Of a DNA stretch of 43,792 nt, positions 9,261-19,365 are shown piece after piece. The translations under genes and the position numbers were made by a program. The stretch comes from a virus (Duplodnaviria > Caudoviricetes), in the IMG/VR virus record IMGVR_UViG_3300032257_000029, positions 1 through 43,792 of that record; one strand, given 5' to 3'. Position 1 is the first letter of the stretch. Each line of letters opens with the position of its first letter. The notes below the pieces were generated by a model that made no database searches, was not told the DNA's origin, and saw only the letters and a list, made by a program, of their open reading frames with translations.

Positions 9261-12063
9261 TACTCCTACCTTGTACAGAGTACTCTATACTATTCAGTAT
9301 AAAAGAGCCTTCTACCTTAAACTCTATGAAATACCCTTTGTTTTCTCCATTGGGTATAGTGATACGCTCTATACCTACTTCTCCTACATTATCATAAGTG
9401 CCAGAGAATACAAGTTTACCACTAATAAAGACAGTAAATGTAAATGACCCCGAACAGTATATTCTAATTTTATCATACTCTTTAAGGTTAGCTACGGCCC
9501 CATCCGATAATCTACCTGATATATATAGTTGTGTCTTTTCCTCTAGTACAACTGAACTATTCTCAGATAGCAAACTAGAGTTATCACTCATATATAGATT
9601 ACCATCAAATGAACCTATTCCTACAGCATCAGGTACTACTCTATTATATAAAGCACCTTTTGCTAACATATCTAATACAAGCATCCTACTTTCCTCATAG
9701 AGAAGATAGTATCTAGAGTCATTTACAGCACTACCCAAAGCTGTAGGTATTTTAAACTCTAGTTTATCTCTAGATATTTCACGTACTGTACCACCATTAC
9801 ATGTAGTAATACCTGCTTCACTGAGATATAATAAAGTACCTTCATAATTCTGTATACTATTATGAGATACACAGCCATGTTGACCACTGATTAATCTTAA
9901 GGTAAAATTACTTTCATTATTCCCTAGTATTCCCCATGTTTCATTAGCTGTAAATACCACTAGTCCGTTAGAGGTACTACCTATACCAGTTACTTCTTTT
10001 GGTAACTGAATGAACTGAAGAGTAGCCCATAAATCGGGGTCACCTAGATTACTATAATATACCTTAGTATACCCTTCGTTCTCATGAGCCGCACACCAAA
10101 ATCTACCTACATGCTCTGTCATATACTTAGCTGTAAGTGGTGCCTCTGAAGTACCTTGCGTACCTAAAGTACCTCTCGGGGAAATAATATCATCGGGTTC
10201 ATAATCTATATAAGAAGTAGTAGTAGATACTAGTTCTTTAACTAAAGTGTATTTAGTGAGATTCCCTCCTATTCTATATAATCTATAATAAGGTTTAGCA
10301 TCAGGATTGGTGAAGTCACCTAGATTAGTAATCTCTATATTATTATTCTCTGTGGTGAAAGACTGAGAAGACTCAGAAGGAGCAGACTCATTATTACCGC
10401 CTAAATCAGAATAAGTCAATACATAAGTATACTCACCCGTAAGGTTATTGGTACCTATTTCTGAACCTGTATCCTCCAAAGTAGCCACATTATAAGTAAT
10501 AACTCTATTATAATAATCTCCGTATCCCCAATAACTATTAGTTATTACAAAATACTCGGTAAGTAACGCCATTTCATTACCTATAATAACTATTTCTTTT
10601 ATATATTCATCTGAACGTAAAGAAGGTCCAGGGGTAGTAACAAAAATATTAGCCACTGTATCATATGATAATATATCTCTAGAAGGGGTAATTAATCTAA
10701 ATGTATTATCATTAGTTATAGAGTATTGGCCTCCTGTTTTCGTTCTATCAGGTATTTGACCTACCCCCGTTTTTGTAGTGGCTACTCCTGAGTTTAAGTT
10801 AAACTCTATTATATATGAATCTTTGGTTGTATTATCCGAATGAATGGTACTGCTGAAACTAGATACCATAGCATAATATTTACCATTAACTATAAATGCT
10901 CTTACATCATGGGTAGGAAAAGCAGGGATTACTCCGCCACCTATCAATGTATTACCATTAAAGGAATAGAATCTACCTCCTTTAAAATCAAACCAATAGG
11001 CTATATTATTAGTACTATTAATAAATAGTTCCTGATAGTGCTGAAAGAACCCATCATATATTTTGTTATTTCTAGACCCGCTATTAATAATAGCTTGAGG
11101 CATTTCGGCTAATACAGAAGGATTCCATATTCCTCCATCTTTTTTATATATATAATGAGTATCAGAACTATTAGGGAATTGATTAATACTCATACTCGTA
11201 GAAGTACTATGTACCAAACAATACTCTGTACTGCCTAAAGTAAAGAATTGGGAGTACCTACCTGAAGCTCCTCTAGGTAAAGCATTAGTAGGTGCATCAT
11301 TATCATTAGTCCATTTATTAGTAGTAGGATTAAATACTTTTATAGGTCCAATAGTAGTCCTAGATGCAGGAGTCATTCCTACCTCTTCTGTCCTAGGGTA
11401 CATAGAACGGAAGGGAGTAGTACCATAATTAACCGCATTACCTTTAAGAAAAGGGCCATATTTAATAGGTAGAGTGACCACAGAAGCACCATCTTCTATA
11501 GAACCTGGGCCTACAGGTAAAGTACCTACACTAAGGAATTTACCTTCTATTAAAGCATATAATTCATACTTCTTGGCTTCTGTGAAACTCATAGTTATTT
11601 TGGAGTCATTGGTACTTACGTTTACAGTCTGTGCATAAGTATATAGGTCATCTATTACTACCCTATATTCTCTATCTCCACCTTGTATTGTACCACCTGA
11701 AGCTACCACAGTAGAAAAAGTACTAGTAAGTACCTCTCCTTCAGGTTCTATAATAGGAGAAGACACCCCTAAATCTTGAAAAGTTACTCCATCAGTGGTC
11801 CATTTAGACTGAGTACCATTAGAGTAATATAATCGTCTATTATACTCTACATAGCTTCTATCTTCTGCACCTGATATAAATACACCATTAAATAAATAGA
11901 AACTCCTAGCCACACCTGCTTGAGAAACTACCATAGGTCTAAAAGGAGCAAGATTTCCTCCTCTAATCTCACAGTTCTCTAGTACTGTAGCCTCATCGGG
12001 CTGTACAAACTGAGGGGCCAATCTAGTACTAAGTCCTCCATCAAATACATTTAACTCAGGCAT
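9253..12063 (-). CDS. tail nozzle / DNA stabilisation protein (P22 gp10 / T7 gp12 class) with large insertion
   Basis: N-terminal FDGGL..R, YYSNLGDPDLW, HGCVSHNSI beta-propeller features; 936 aa; synteny. Confidence 0.8.
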   Translation of the reverse strand: MPELNVFDGGLSTRLAPQFVQPDEATVLENCEIRGGNLAPFRPMVVSQAGVARSFYLFNGVFISGAEDRSYVEYNRRLYYSNGTQSKWTTDGVTFQDLGVSSPIIEPEGEVLTSTFSTVVASGGTIQGGDREYRVVIDDLYTYAQTVNVSTNDSKITMSFTEAKKYELYALIEGKFLSVGTLPVGPGSIEDGASVVTLPIKYGPFLKGNAVNYGTTPFRSMYPRTEEVGMTPASRTTIGPIKVFNPTTNKWTNDNDAPTNALPRGASGRYSQFFTLGSTEYCLVHSTSTSMSINQFPNSSDTHYIYKKDGGIWNPSVLAEMPQAIINSGSRNNKIYDGFFQHYQELFINSTNNIAYWFDFKGGRFYSFNGNTLIGGGVIPAFPTHDVRAFIVNGKYYAMVSSFSSTIHSDNTTKDSYIIEFNLNSGVATTKTGVGQIPDRTKTGGQYSITNDNTFRLITPSRDILSYDTVANIFVTTPGPSLRSDEYIKEIVIIGNEMALLTEYFVITNSYWGYGDYYNRVITYNVATLEDTGSEIGTNNLTGEYTYVLTYSDLGGNNESAPSESSQSFTTENNNIEITNLGDFTNPDAKPYYRLYRIGGNLTKYTLVKELVSTTTSYIDYEPDDIISPRGTLGTQGTSEAPLTAKYMTEHVGRFWCAAHENEGYTKVYYSNLGDPDLWATLQFIQLPKEVTGIGSTSNGLVVFTANETWGILGNNESNFTLRLISGQHGCVSHNSIQNYEGTLLYLSEAGITTCNGGTVREISRDKLEFKIPTALGSAVNDSRYYLLYEESRMLVLDMLAKGALYNRVVPDAVGIGSFDGNLYMSDNSSLLSENSSVVLEEKTQLYISGRLSDGAVANLKEYDKIRIYCSGSFTFTVFISGKLVFSGTYDNVGEVGIERITIPNGENKGYFIEFKVEGSFILNSIEYSVQGRSNG

Positions 12064-12681
12064 CTAGTTTACTTTATATATTTGAATAGATGCACAAGGT
12101 GCTTTAGCCCACCCAATTACCGTAGGAGTAAAGGCAAATATACCACCTGAGTTATTTCCTGTGCTATCTCTCATAATTTCTATGGTTACTACATCATTAT
12201 CGGCTACTGTAATTACAATAGAACTAGACCAGGGAACTAAAATAGAAGAATTATCTATTTTGGCAGACAGGCTATTTCCTGATTGAGCCCCATTAATTAA
12301 AACCCTGTTTAATAGAATAGAAGCACTAGCTGTACCTGTTCTTCCATATTGAAAGAAAGGAGATATAATGTATCTGCCTCCTGTTTTAAATGTGATGGTC
12401 CCATCTACAGCTAAATCTATATGCGTAGTAGTTTGAGCTAAACCGAACTCTATTTGTAAAGGAGTATCTGTAACTGTAGGTTCTTGGGATAGGGCCTCAC
12501 TCTTAGCTACTAGTAGTAAGGTATGGCTATCCTCTAATGAAGTAATTCTCTCGTCTAATGGGACTAAAGTTAAATCTACTGCATCTTTATCCTGCACAGC
12601 ATCCCCTATTAATGCACCGCCTAAATTCATAGCCGTAATATCTCCACCTGCTAATACATCACTTAATTCTACACCTGCCAT
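12064..12681 (-). CDS. short fibre protein with BclA/C1q-like C-terminal domain
   Basis: Short coiled coil (LDERITSLED) then DGTITFKTGGRYIIS and all-beta C-terminus. Confidence 0.6.
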   Translation of the reverse strand: MAGVELSDVLAGGDITAMNLGGALIGDAVQDKDAVDLTLVPLDERITSLEDSHTLLLVAKSEALSQEPTVTDTPLQIEFGLAQTTTHIDLAVDGTITFKTGGRYIISPFFQYGRTGTASASILLNRVLINGAQSGNSLSAKIDNSSILVPWSSSIVITVADNDVVTIEIMRDSTGNNSGGIFAFTPTVIGWAKAPCASIQIYKVN

Positions 12682-12691
12682 TTATTATCCT

Positions 12692-13681
12692 TTATCTATT
12701 AAATCTAACTGTTAAGCCATTATGCTGAACTTCATCACCATTATGGAATACTATAGAACTGGCCCATCCACTGCCTAGCCATCCTATTACAGAATCGAAA
12801 GAATATGTATAGGTCTCTATTTCTCCATCTGTAACTCTTGTCTCTCCATGATAAGGAGTCATAGCCAATCTATTAATGGCTCCTCCTGATTCTAAATCAG
12901 TAGCCACCCAACTAGCAGGGTACTCTAAATTAGCTATTTGGAAGGTGCGAATCTCTAATACATTATCTGCGTTAGTCTCATCTATAACCCATTCCACAAA
13001 TACATCATGCCCTACAGGTCTATCTAGTTCTTCGTCTAATGCGGAACTTGTCCATCCATCTACAGAGCTAAATGTATATAAGATACCTTCTGTATGGATA
13101 TATACCCTACCTGTGCTAACCTCAGTTTTCTCATTAATATCTAGGTCTGTTAGGTCCTGATTAGTATTACCTGTAGTAATATCCTCTTGCCCCCAAGTAC
13201 CTGATGGGATTGAATTATCTATTACGGCTATATAAGTAATCTGATACTCAATAGCTGTACCCTCAGTATCTGCCCAATATAATGTCAGGTTATCCACAGG
13301 TATATCATCATCAGCATGATTAACTACTGTATCTACTATCCAATTAGGCTCTGACCAAATATAGGTAGTAGTGCTACTAGTAATTGTGATACCTGCATCT
13401 ACATACTGAACTATTCCATGAGTAGCAGGTCTATTATGGGTAGCAACAGGATACCATCTTTCTACCCATGCTTGAGTATCTACGTCCCATATCCACTCGA
13501 AATGCTGTTCTTGATAAGATTCTGTATTAATCTGAACATATCTAACAGTGACAGGAGGTAATGCAGGAATCGCAGGTAACAATTCTTGATGAAAGGCCGC
13601 AGGACCTTCTACACCATCTACTACATAAGAAGGTACTTCCCAATCAGTGCCATTCCATACTAATACACCTACTACTTGCAT
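12692..13681 (-). CDS. acidic Trp-rich putative virion accessory protein
   Basis: 329 aa ORF in virion operon, AGGA SD, beta-rich, internal degenerate repeats. Confidence 0.6.
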   Translation of the reverse strand: MQVVGVLVWNGTDWEVPSYVVDGVEGPAAFHQELLPAIPALPPVTVRYVQINTESYQEQHFEWIWDVDTQAWVERWYPVATHNRPATHGIVQYVDAGITITSSTTTYIWSEPNWIVDTVVNHADDDIPVDNLTLYWADTEGTAIEYQITYIAVIDNSIPSGTWGQEDITTGNTNQDLTDLDINEKTEVSTGRVYIHTEGILYTFSSVDGWTSSALDEELDRPVGHDVFVEWVIDETNADNVLEIRTFQIANLEYPASWVATDLESGGAINRLAMTPYHGETRVTDGEIETYTYSFDSVIGWLGSGWASSIVFHNGDEVQHNGLTVRFNR

Positions 13682-13689
13682 GGTAGTCC

Positions 13690-14115
13690 TTATGCTCTAA
13701 ATTGTAAGAGGCTTTCACGCTCTCTAGTATCTATATGTAACCAACTTACACCTAGTTCTATACCCTTTATATGAGGGTATATATCAGGATTATTAATTAT
13801 ATCCTGTCTTATTATATCCGTTTCATACTTAGAAAAAACTGAATCAGTGGCCTTAAATATAAGCTTTTTTAGGTCTAGAGAATGCTGAGAGGTCTTCGAG
13901 TACCATTTACTATCAGGAGTACGTAAGCCACTCCATTCTCTATCTCCTCCCCATAACCAATTATTAATCGTCATAGTACCTTCAGGAAATCTTTCCTTAA
14001 TGGTATCTATAGAAGCTATTAACTTAGGGCATACAAAGACCCAAGCGTTCTGGCCATGAATGTCATATACCTCTTTAGGTATTAGCTCTTGAATCTCAAA
14101 ATGTTTACTTCGCAT
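13690..14115 (-). CDS. endolysin, peptidase M15 family
   Basis: SGLR...SQH...ATD...WLHID zinc-peptidase pattern; next to spanins and holin. Confidence 0.85.
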   Translation of the reverse strand: MRSKHFEIQELIPKEVYDIHGQNAWVFVCPKLIASIDTIKERFPEGTMTINNWLWGGDREWSGLRTPDSKWYSKTSQHSLDLKKLIFKATDSVFSKYETDIIRQDIINNPDIYPHIKGIELGVSWLHIDTRERESLLQFRA

Positions 14116-14611
14116 TATGTTCCTTTAATTCATTTGCTAGGTGCCATCTATGGCCATTGGCCTTTTTTAGGTCCCCTTGTATATCATCAACTGCCGCCAT
14201 TACAATATCTAATTTAGTACTACTAGATATTACATTCTCATTTACGTGATTAATTTTCTCATGTACCGCCCCTAATTGATGATTATCATATACCACATAA
14301 CCTACAAACATACCAAATAGTCCTGCCATTACCCACATTAGTAATTTGATACGTTTATCATATACGTCTGCTAAGGTGTTAAGCCTAATAGAGAATGATC
14401 CCTCAAGGGCCTTGCAGGCTTTCTCTACTTTATCATCTACTGCTTTATTCATAGAGTCACAAGATGAATATATGGCTTGTTGGAACGCCTCATCATGTTT
14501 CTCTAGTGTCTTAACTCTATCCTTCAAATCTACGATAACTGTCTTAGCTATGTTTTTGAACTCTATTATAGCATCCTCTACTGCTCTTAATCTCACCTCT
14601 TGCTCATCCAA
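14105..14611 (-). CDS. single-TM coiled-coil membrane protein of lysis cassette (holin/antiholin-like)
   Basis: TM LLMWVMAGLFGMFVGYVVY; TTG start with AAGGGA SD. Confidence 0.55.
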   Translation of the reverse strand: MDEQEVRLRAVEDAIIEFKNIAKTVIVDLKDRVKTLEKHDEAFQQAIYSSCDSMNKAVDDKVEKACKALEGSFSIRLNTLADVYDKRIKLLMWVMAGLFGMFVGYVVYDNHQLGAVHEKINHVNENVISSSTKLDIVMAAVDDIQGDLKKANGHRWHLANELKEHNAK

Positions 14612-14629
14612 CTTACTTCCCTTTAGTAA

Positions 14630-14839
14630 TTATTTACACACTTTTGCTGATTCTCGGAGGTCATATATACACCTGAGTAGTTCCGATATAGTACCTTCTT
14701 TCAATGAACCTTGCTCGCTACAAAAAGTATCAGGTACATTGCATTTAACTGGCACGTCAACATACACAGGTCTATCCACGTAAACTGTTTTAGTACACCC
14801 ACTAAAAATAACCATGCTTAATAGAATTAAGTATTTCAT
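14630..14839 (-). CDS. o-spanin (outer-membrane lipoprotein)
   Basis: Lipobox IFSGC, Pro/Cys-containing, overlaps 3' end of i-spanin. Confidence 0.8.
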   Translation of the reverse strand: MKYLILLSMVIFSGCTKTVYVDRPVYVDVPVKCNVPDTFCSEQGSLKEGTISELLRCIYDLRESAKVCK

Positions 14840-15137
14840 TGCAATCTCCTGTTATATTTCTATCTACATACTTGGTATGCCATCTATCTACATATACCCT
14901 AGCAGGCTCTCTATTTTCATACTCTATTACTGAGGTATCATAATCAGCTTTGAGTTTTTGTATAGCGTTATTCTGAATCTCTAGACTAGTTGCTAGTGCC
15001 TTATTATTAGCCTTAGCTACTCCTAATTGAATCTCTAGTAAATCTATATCTTTATTCTTATTGGATACTATAACACCTGTAACGGTCTGAGATAAAGCTA
15101 ATAATACTGTGGACCCAATTAATATATCTTGCAACAT
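14802..15137 (-). CDS. i-spanin
   Basis: N-terminal TM, periplasmic coiled coil, C-terminal Cys; indicates a Gram-negative host. Confidence 0.75.
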   Translation of the reverse strand: MLQDILIGSTVLLALSQTVTGVIVSNKNKDIDLLEIQLGVAKANNKALATSLEIQNNAIQKLKADYDTSVIEYENREPARVYVDRWHTKYVDRNITGDCNEILNSIKHGYF

Positions 15138-15340
15138 TAGGTATCCTTTGGAGTTGTGAATATAATAGAGGTCACAAATGCTGTTAAGGCCCCTACAGAC
15201 CCAAAGAAAATGTTAGAAAATGTAACAACTTCTTTACCCATTAAATGTAATGTAAACATGACTATAGTAAACAGGATAATATATCCTACTGTAATAGCCA
15301 TGTAAACCTGTCTTATATATGCTTTAGTTTTTGCTTCCAT
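15137..15340 (-). CDS. holin (2 TM)
   Basis: 67 aa with two hydrophobic helices at head of lysis cassette. Confidence 0.65.
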   Translation of the reverse strand: MEAKTKAYIRQVYMAITVGYIILFTIVMFTLHLMGKEVVTFSNIFFGSVGALTAFVTSIIFTTPKDT

Positions 15341-15350
15341 TTTAGCCTCT

Positions 15351-18314
15351 CTACCAGTTATTTAGTGCATTTGATATTGGATAAGTTACATTGTTTATTT
15401 TCTCGTTAACTACAATACCACTACCTTCATCCAATGGAAGCCATGAAACACAATCTGCTATGTTTACAAGTGGGTTATCTGTTGTAGGTACTCCTAAGTC
15501 TTCGTACAGTGCTGTTGCTCTATTTTCAAAGTCGTATAGAACCTGTGTAGCTGTGAAAGTTGTATTCCACTCCTGTATTTGTCCTATATGTCCTTTATAG
15601 TACAAACTAGTTGTTCCATTATCATTTCTAGCACCAATTGTCATTCTCCACTTTGTACCAGTTGTAAATGGTGTACCCGTATGTGTATTGGTAGCTGTCT
15701 CAACTCCGTTAACATATAGTTTAGTTGTAAACGTATTAGGGTCATAAGTTAATGCACATCTATACAGCACCTTAGCTATTACTGCACCATTACGAACTGT
15801 ACCTGTAATGTTATTGTTATAGAACATTCCATAGTTATATCCTGTGTAAACAGCTATTTCAGATAGTTGTAATGCTGTTAGGTAAGCAGTTAAATCCTCA
15901 GCAGTTTTTACTGTAAAGAAATAAGTGTATCCATTGGCTATTTGATTAGCACTAGTGACCGTATTACCTAACTCAATGAATTGGTTAACTCCATCAAGAT
16001 ATAGTATAGGCTCATTAGGGTCGATCTGACTTATGAATCCTGCTACTGAAGAGTAGTTAGATACACTTCTAATTGTTGCAGAATCATATGAATATATAGT
16101 GTTATTGGTTACAACAAACTGACCTATTGCATCAAGGTAAGGAAATACTTGTATAGGCTCAGCTAACAATGTGGTACTATCAATCCTACTAAGAGTCTTA
16201 TCTGCTGTAGTTTTTAGAACTGCGTATAAATACCCATCTTCCCCCCAAGTTAAGTTACTACCACTTGCATCGTTATAGCCCCCTATCTCAGTCTTAAAAG
16301 ATAGTACATTAGATTTAATTAATGAGCCATCTGCAATTAAAAACTTATATAGATGTGTTGCTGTATTAGCATCATTACTAGTAAGTAGGTAAACATTCTC
16401 TGCATCTATAGCTAGTTCCCCTGCTGTCAAAGTAAGAGCAACATCAGGAACTATCTCACGCTCAACAAGCTTAGTGTTGATATTAATAAGTGAGATTGTA
16501 ATACTTCCTGCATCTAATATCGACACAACAGCTACATGAGTATCATTTGCAATCATGCTTCTACCTTCATAGCTAGTAAGTCCTGCTACTGCTGAAGCTG
16601 TTGTCCCATTATAGTAAATAACACCACCGCCTTCACCACTTCTTACCTTCTCACCACAAGCCCACCAGTTACCCTGTATGTCGATACAAGAAGAAAAAGC
16701 TTTTGATACATTAAGTGAGCTTCCTAAGTTGCCTTTATAGCTAGGATTTGAATAAGTAACAGGAGTGTTAGGGTTAAATGAAGCAGTTACTTTATTATCC
16801 CAAACTATTGAAGAATCATAATCTAGCATAGGGGCACCAAAATAACCTGTTAAAACTGTTCTATCTCCTCTCGTGGCAATAGAATAAGGACTTATTACTC
16901 CATTAGATATATAATGATGTTCAATTACTGGGCCAACAGGGCTAAACTCTGTAAAACCATTATATCCATTATGGGAATAGATTAAGCTATTATCTCCATT
17001 TAAACCAACTCTATTTAATGAAGCAGGATGAGAGGTGACCCCTGCTATTGTGAGTTTTATAAAAGGACTAGTTCCTTCATATTTGTACCAAATATAGCCA
17101 TCTGTACTACCATCCACAGGTCTCATCGCTGTAGTATCTACCGAGCTTGGCTGAGTATTGATATCTGTTACATAAGAAGTTGTGTATAAGTCTGTAGCAT
17201 CAGCTCCCCAAGGTGGGTTTACATTAAGGTCTGCAATGTCACCACTCATAGTCCCATTATATAAATGTCTCCATGTAGTAACTACACCTGTAATAACTCT
17301 AACGACTACACCATTCTTTCTTTGTTGTATATCAAACTTAGCTGTCTCTACACCTGTAAGGTCTGTAATAACTCCATCAGATAATCTCAATGAATAAATC
17401 TTACCATCACCATATTTATTAGTAGAGAAGTAAGCGTGTGTTGCATCAGCTCCGATTCTTGAAACACCATCAGCTATTGCAATGTTGCTCCACTTCTCAC
17501 TTGCTCCAGTTGCTACATCCAAAGCAACGATAGAAGCTAAAGTCAATGAGCCATCTTGTGAAGCTAACGTGTAACATCTACCATCTAGTCCTTGATTTGC
17601 ATCAATTCCTGATTGACTATTTTGATGTGTAGAATCCAATGCAATAACATCTGCTGTCATTGTGTTTGTAGTGGTATCATATCTTGAATGTCTTAATGCT
17701 CCACCAGTAGAATAGTGAGGAAGATAAGTAACTCCATTCCCAATATAAATATATGGTGTTGTATGAAAATTGTCATTTTCAAATACTACTGAATCGTCAT
17801 ATTGATTAACCCCTAAAGAGTCTGTAATTAGTACCTGAGTATTCTGTCCGTAAGCTGTATAATAGACAGCCATGAAAGAATTTAAGCCTTCTGTCTCACC
17901 TAAGTATTTAGGGTCTGTATGTGTTATAGTAGAACTAGCTGTTGCAAGTGTCTCTGAAGCTGTAGGTGAAAGTACCGAAGCCATAGTGTCAAACTTTGCA
18001 TTACTTGGAGACAATACAATCTTAAGTCCATTCGTTATTGTAGTAGTACCAGAAGCGTTTGTTAGTTCAACATCAAAAAACTCATGGCCTAAAAGTGTTC
18101 CATCACCTGTTGCAGATATAGCACCTGTCAATGGAGTTAAGGTACACCAAGAAGGGAGACCGACAACATTATATGAAGTGGTGTTACTTGCATTAAGGGT
18201 GATGTTTGCTGTTCCATCAAAAGCTAAAGAAAGTACCGCAGGTTCTAACGTCTGATATCCTCCTTCAGGAGGAGAAGCTAGGGGCCTGCCCAACCTTAAT
18301 CCAAAACTAAGCAT
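15351..18314 (-). CDS. large adhesin / head-fibre-like protein: Ig-like domain, beta-propeller-like region, C-terminal LamG/ConA-like domain
   Basis: N-terminal MLSFGLRLG; GLPSWCTLTPLTGAIS (He_PIG-like); LYLDGVNQF...LYVNG...IGARN...YKGHIG...LPLDEGSG (LamG). Confidence 0.75.
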   Translation of the reverse strand: MLSFGLRLGRPLASPPEGGYQTLEPAVLSLAFDGTANITLNASNTTSYNVVGLPSWCTLTPLTGAISATGDGTLLGHEFFDVELTNASGTTTITNGLKIVLSPSNAKFDTMASVLSPTASETLATASSTITHTDPKYLGETEGLNSFMAVYYTAYGQNTQVLITDSLGVNQYDDSVVFENDNFHTTPYIYIGNGVTYLPHYSTGGALRHSRYDTTTNTMTADVIALDSTHQNSQSGIDANQGLDGRCYTLASQDGSLTLASIVALDVATGASEKWSNIAIADGVSRIGADATHAYFSTNKYGDGKIYSLRLSDGVITDLTGVETAKFDIQQRKNGVVVRVITGVVTTWRHLYNGTMSGDIADLNVNPPWGADATDLYTTSYVTDINTQPSSVDTTAMRPVDGSTDGYIWYKYEGTSPFIKLTIAGVTSHPASLNRVGLNGDNSLIYSHNGYNGFTEFSPVGPVIEHHYISNGVISPYSIATRGDRTVLTGYFGAPMLDYDSSIVWDNKVTASFNPNTPVTYSNPSYKGNLGSSLNVSKAFSSCIDIQGNWWACGEKVRSGEGGGVIYYNGTTASAVAGLTSYEGRSMIANDTHVAVVSILDAGSITISLININTKLVEREIVPDVALTLTAGELAIDAENVYLLTSNDANTATHLYKFLIADGSLIKSNVLSFKTEIGGYNDASGSNLTWGEDGYLYAVLKTTADKTLSRIDSTTLLAEPIQVFPYLDAIGQFVVTNNTIYSYDSATIRSVSNYSSVAGFISQIDPNEPILYLDGVNQFIELGNTVTSANQIANGYTYFFTVKTAEDLTAYLTALQLSEIAVYTGYNYGMFYNNNITGTVRNGAVIAKVLYRCALTYDPNTFTTKLYVNGVETATNTHTGTPFTTGTKWRMTIGARNDNGTTSLYYKGHIGQIQEWNTTFTATQVLYDFENRATALYEDLGVPTTDNPLVNIADCVSWLPLDEGSGIVVNEKINNVTYPISNALNNW

Positions 18315-18315
18315 A

Positions 18316-18546
18316 TTAGCTCATTGTCACAGAGATAGTAGATGTAATCTCCGTGCATGATTTACGTATCTCAAATGCTTGTCCTTTAACAGCAGGTTGT
18401 GCTTTTGGTATCGCTCCATATTTAAATGTAACTACTCCATCCGCATTAGCTACTAGAATAGAAAAACCTTTGGCATTTTTGTCTGTAGGAATACCTATAA
18501 AAGTATCCTCATGCATAGGCATTACTGGGTATTGAGTTGAAGTCAT
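18316..18546 (-). CDS. putative head-spike base protein
   Basis: 76 aa all-beta protein immediately upstream of the MLSFGLRLG protein, as in RcGTA Rcc01079/Rcc01080. Confidence 0.55.
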   Translation of the reverse strand: MTSTQYPVMPMHEDTFIGIPTDKNAKGFSILVANADGVVTFKYGAIPKAQPAVKGQAFEIRKSCTEITSTISVTMS

Positions 18547-18548
18547 TA

Positions 18549-18794
18549 TTAAATCCTTTTAATCATTTTAAGTGGGTGTACCACCCAACACACTAGACTA
18601 GCTATACAAAATATAGTTAGTCCAAACATTACTTTTCTTTCCCATAGACCTTTAGCGAAAGCTGTAGAATCACAACCTCCACGTTTATCGTCTATATCGT
18701 CATGGTCTTCACATATGTCACCGATATAGATTCTTTCAAACTTCCAAGTATACCAATACTCAGGAAATAATGTACACCAATCTTCATCCTGCAA
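18549..18794 (-). CDS. small protein with phospholipase A2-like CxxHD motif and C-terminal hydrophobic helix
   Basis: CTLFPE...GDICEDHD. Confidence 0.5.
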   Translation of the reverse strand: MQDEDWCTLFPEYWYTWKFERIYIGDICEDHDDIDDKRGGCDSTAFAKGLWERKVMFGLTIFCIASLVCWVVHPLKMIKRI

Positions 18795-19365
18795 GAATAG
18801 CTCCTTTAGCTCTAATAGCTAATCCATGTGCCTCTTCTAGTTCTGCATATGTACAAGGAACTAGGAAGCTATTGTCTGCTAGTTTCCAAAAGTCAGTCTC
18901 AGTTAATCCGAGTCTATCCCCTTCACGAAGTGCAGATAACATATCCTGTCTAGCCACATCATCACCATCAAACGTATTTCCTGCCAAAGTGGTTACTTCT
19001 ATATTAGCCAATGCATCAGTCTTACTCTCGGCAATAGAAGCCAACATAATAGCATCAAGTAATTCCTGTGGCTCGTTTCCTAGTGTATATTCTATTGCAT
19101 TGTTATCTAATGCGTCTTGACCTGTGTATAGTGATAGTTCAGTTCCTATCAAGGTATACCCTAATAGTGCATCTATAACTAATTGTGCATCATAGTATTC
19201 TTGAACTATATTTTGATTAATTACTTCAGCTGCTTCGTTGTTAGGCAACTGCTCATATAGTACTCCCTGATGTTCAAAAATCTGATTACCATTATACGAA
19301 TTAGACTGACTCAATGTGAGAGTCGTATTTCCTACGGTAACTAAGTCTGGCGATAAATCTCTCAT
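18784..19365 (-). CDS. tail fibre assembly/chaperone protein (DUF4376-like)
   Basis: C-terminal FDGDDVAR...WKLADNS...AEL pattern; directly after tail fibre. Confidence 0.7.
   Translation of the reverse strand: MRDLSPDLVTVGNTTLTLSQSNSYNGNQIFEHQGVLYEQLPNNEAAEVINQNIVQEYYDAQLVIDALLGYTLIGTELSLYTGQDALDNNAIEYTLGNEPQELLDAIMLASIAESKTDALANIEVTTLAGNTFDGDDVARQDMLSALREGDRLGLTETDFWKLADNSFLVPCTYAELEEAHGLAIRAKGAILAG

Noticed and set aside
12061-12066. TAG directly followed by in-frame ATG (and TAG-GAG-ACC-TAG-ATG at 20948-20960) suggesting amber recoding
   Set aside because: All conserved genes are intact in code 11 with no internal TAG and no suppressor tRNA was seen; TAG-rich sequence reflects CTA codon preference
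13290-13298. DnaA box TTATCCACA
   Set aside because: Single copy inside a coding region
2687-19120. Many plus-strand ORFs opposite the virion genes (e.g. 2687, 4575, 6437, 9398, 14346, 17872, 18770)
   Set aside because: Antisense shadows of long coding genes, Ser/hydrophobic-biased, no SD or motifs
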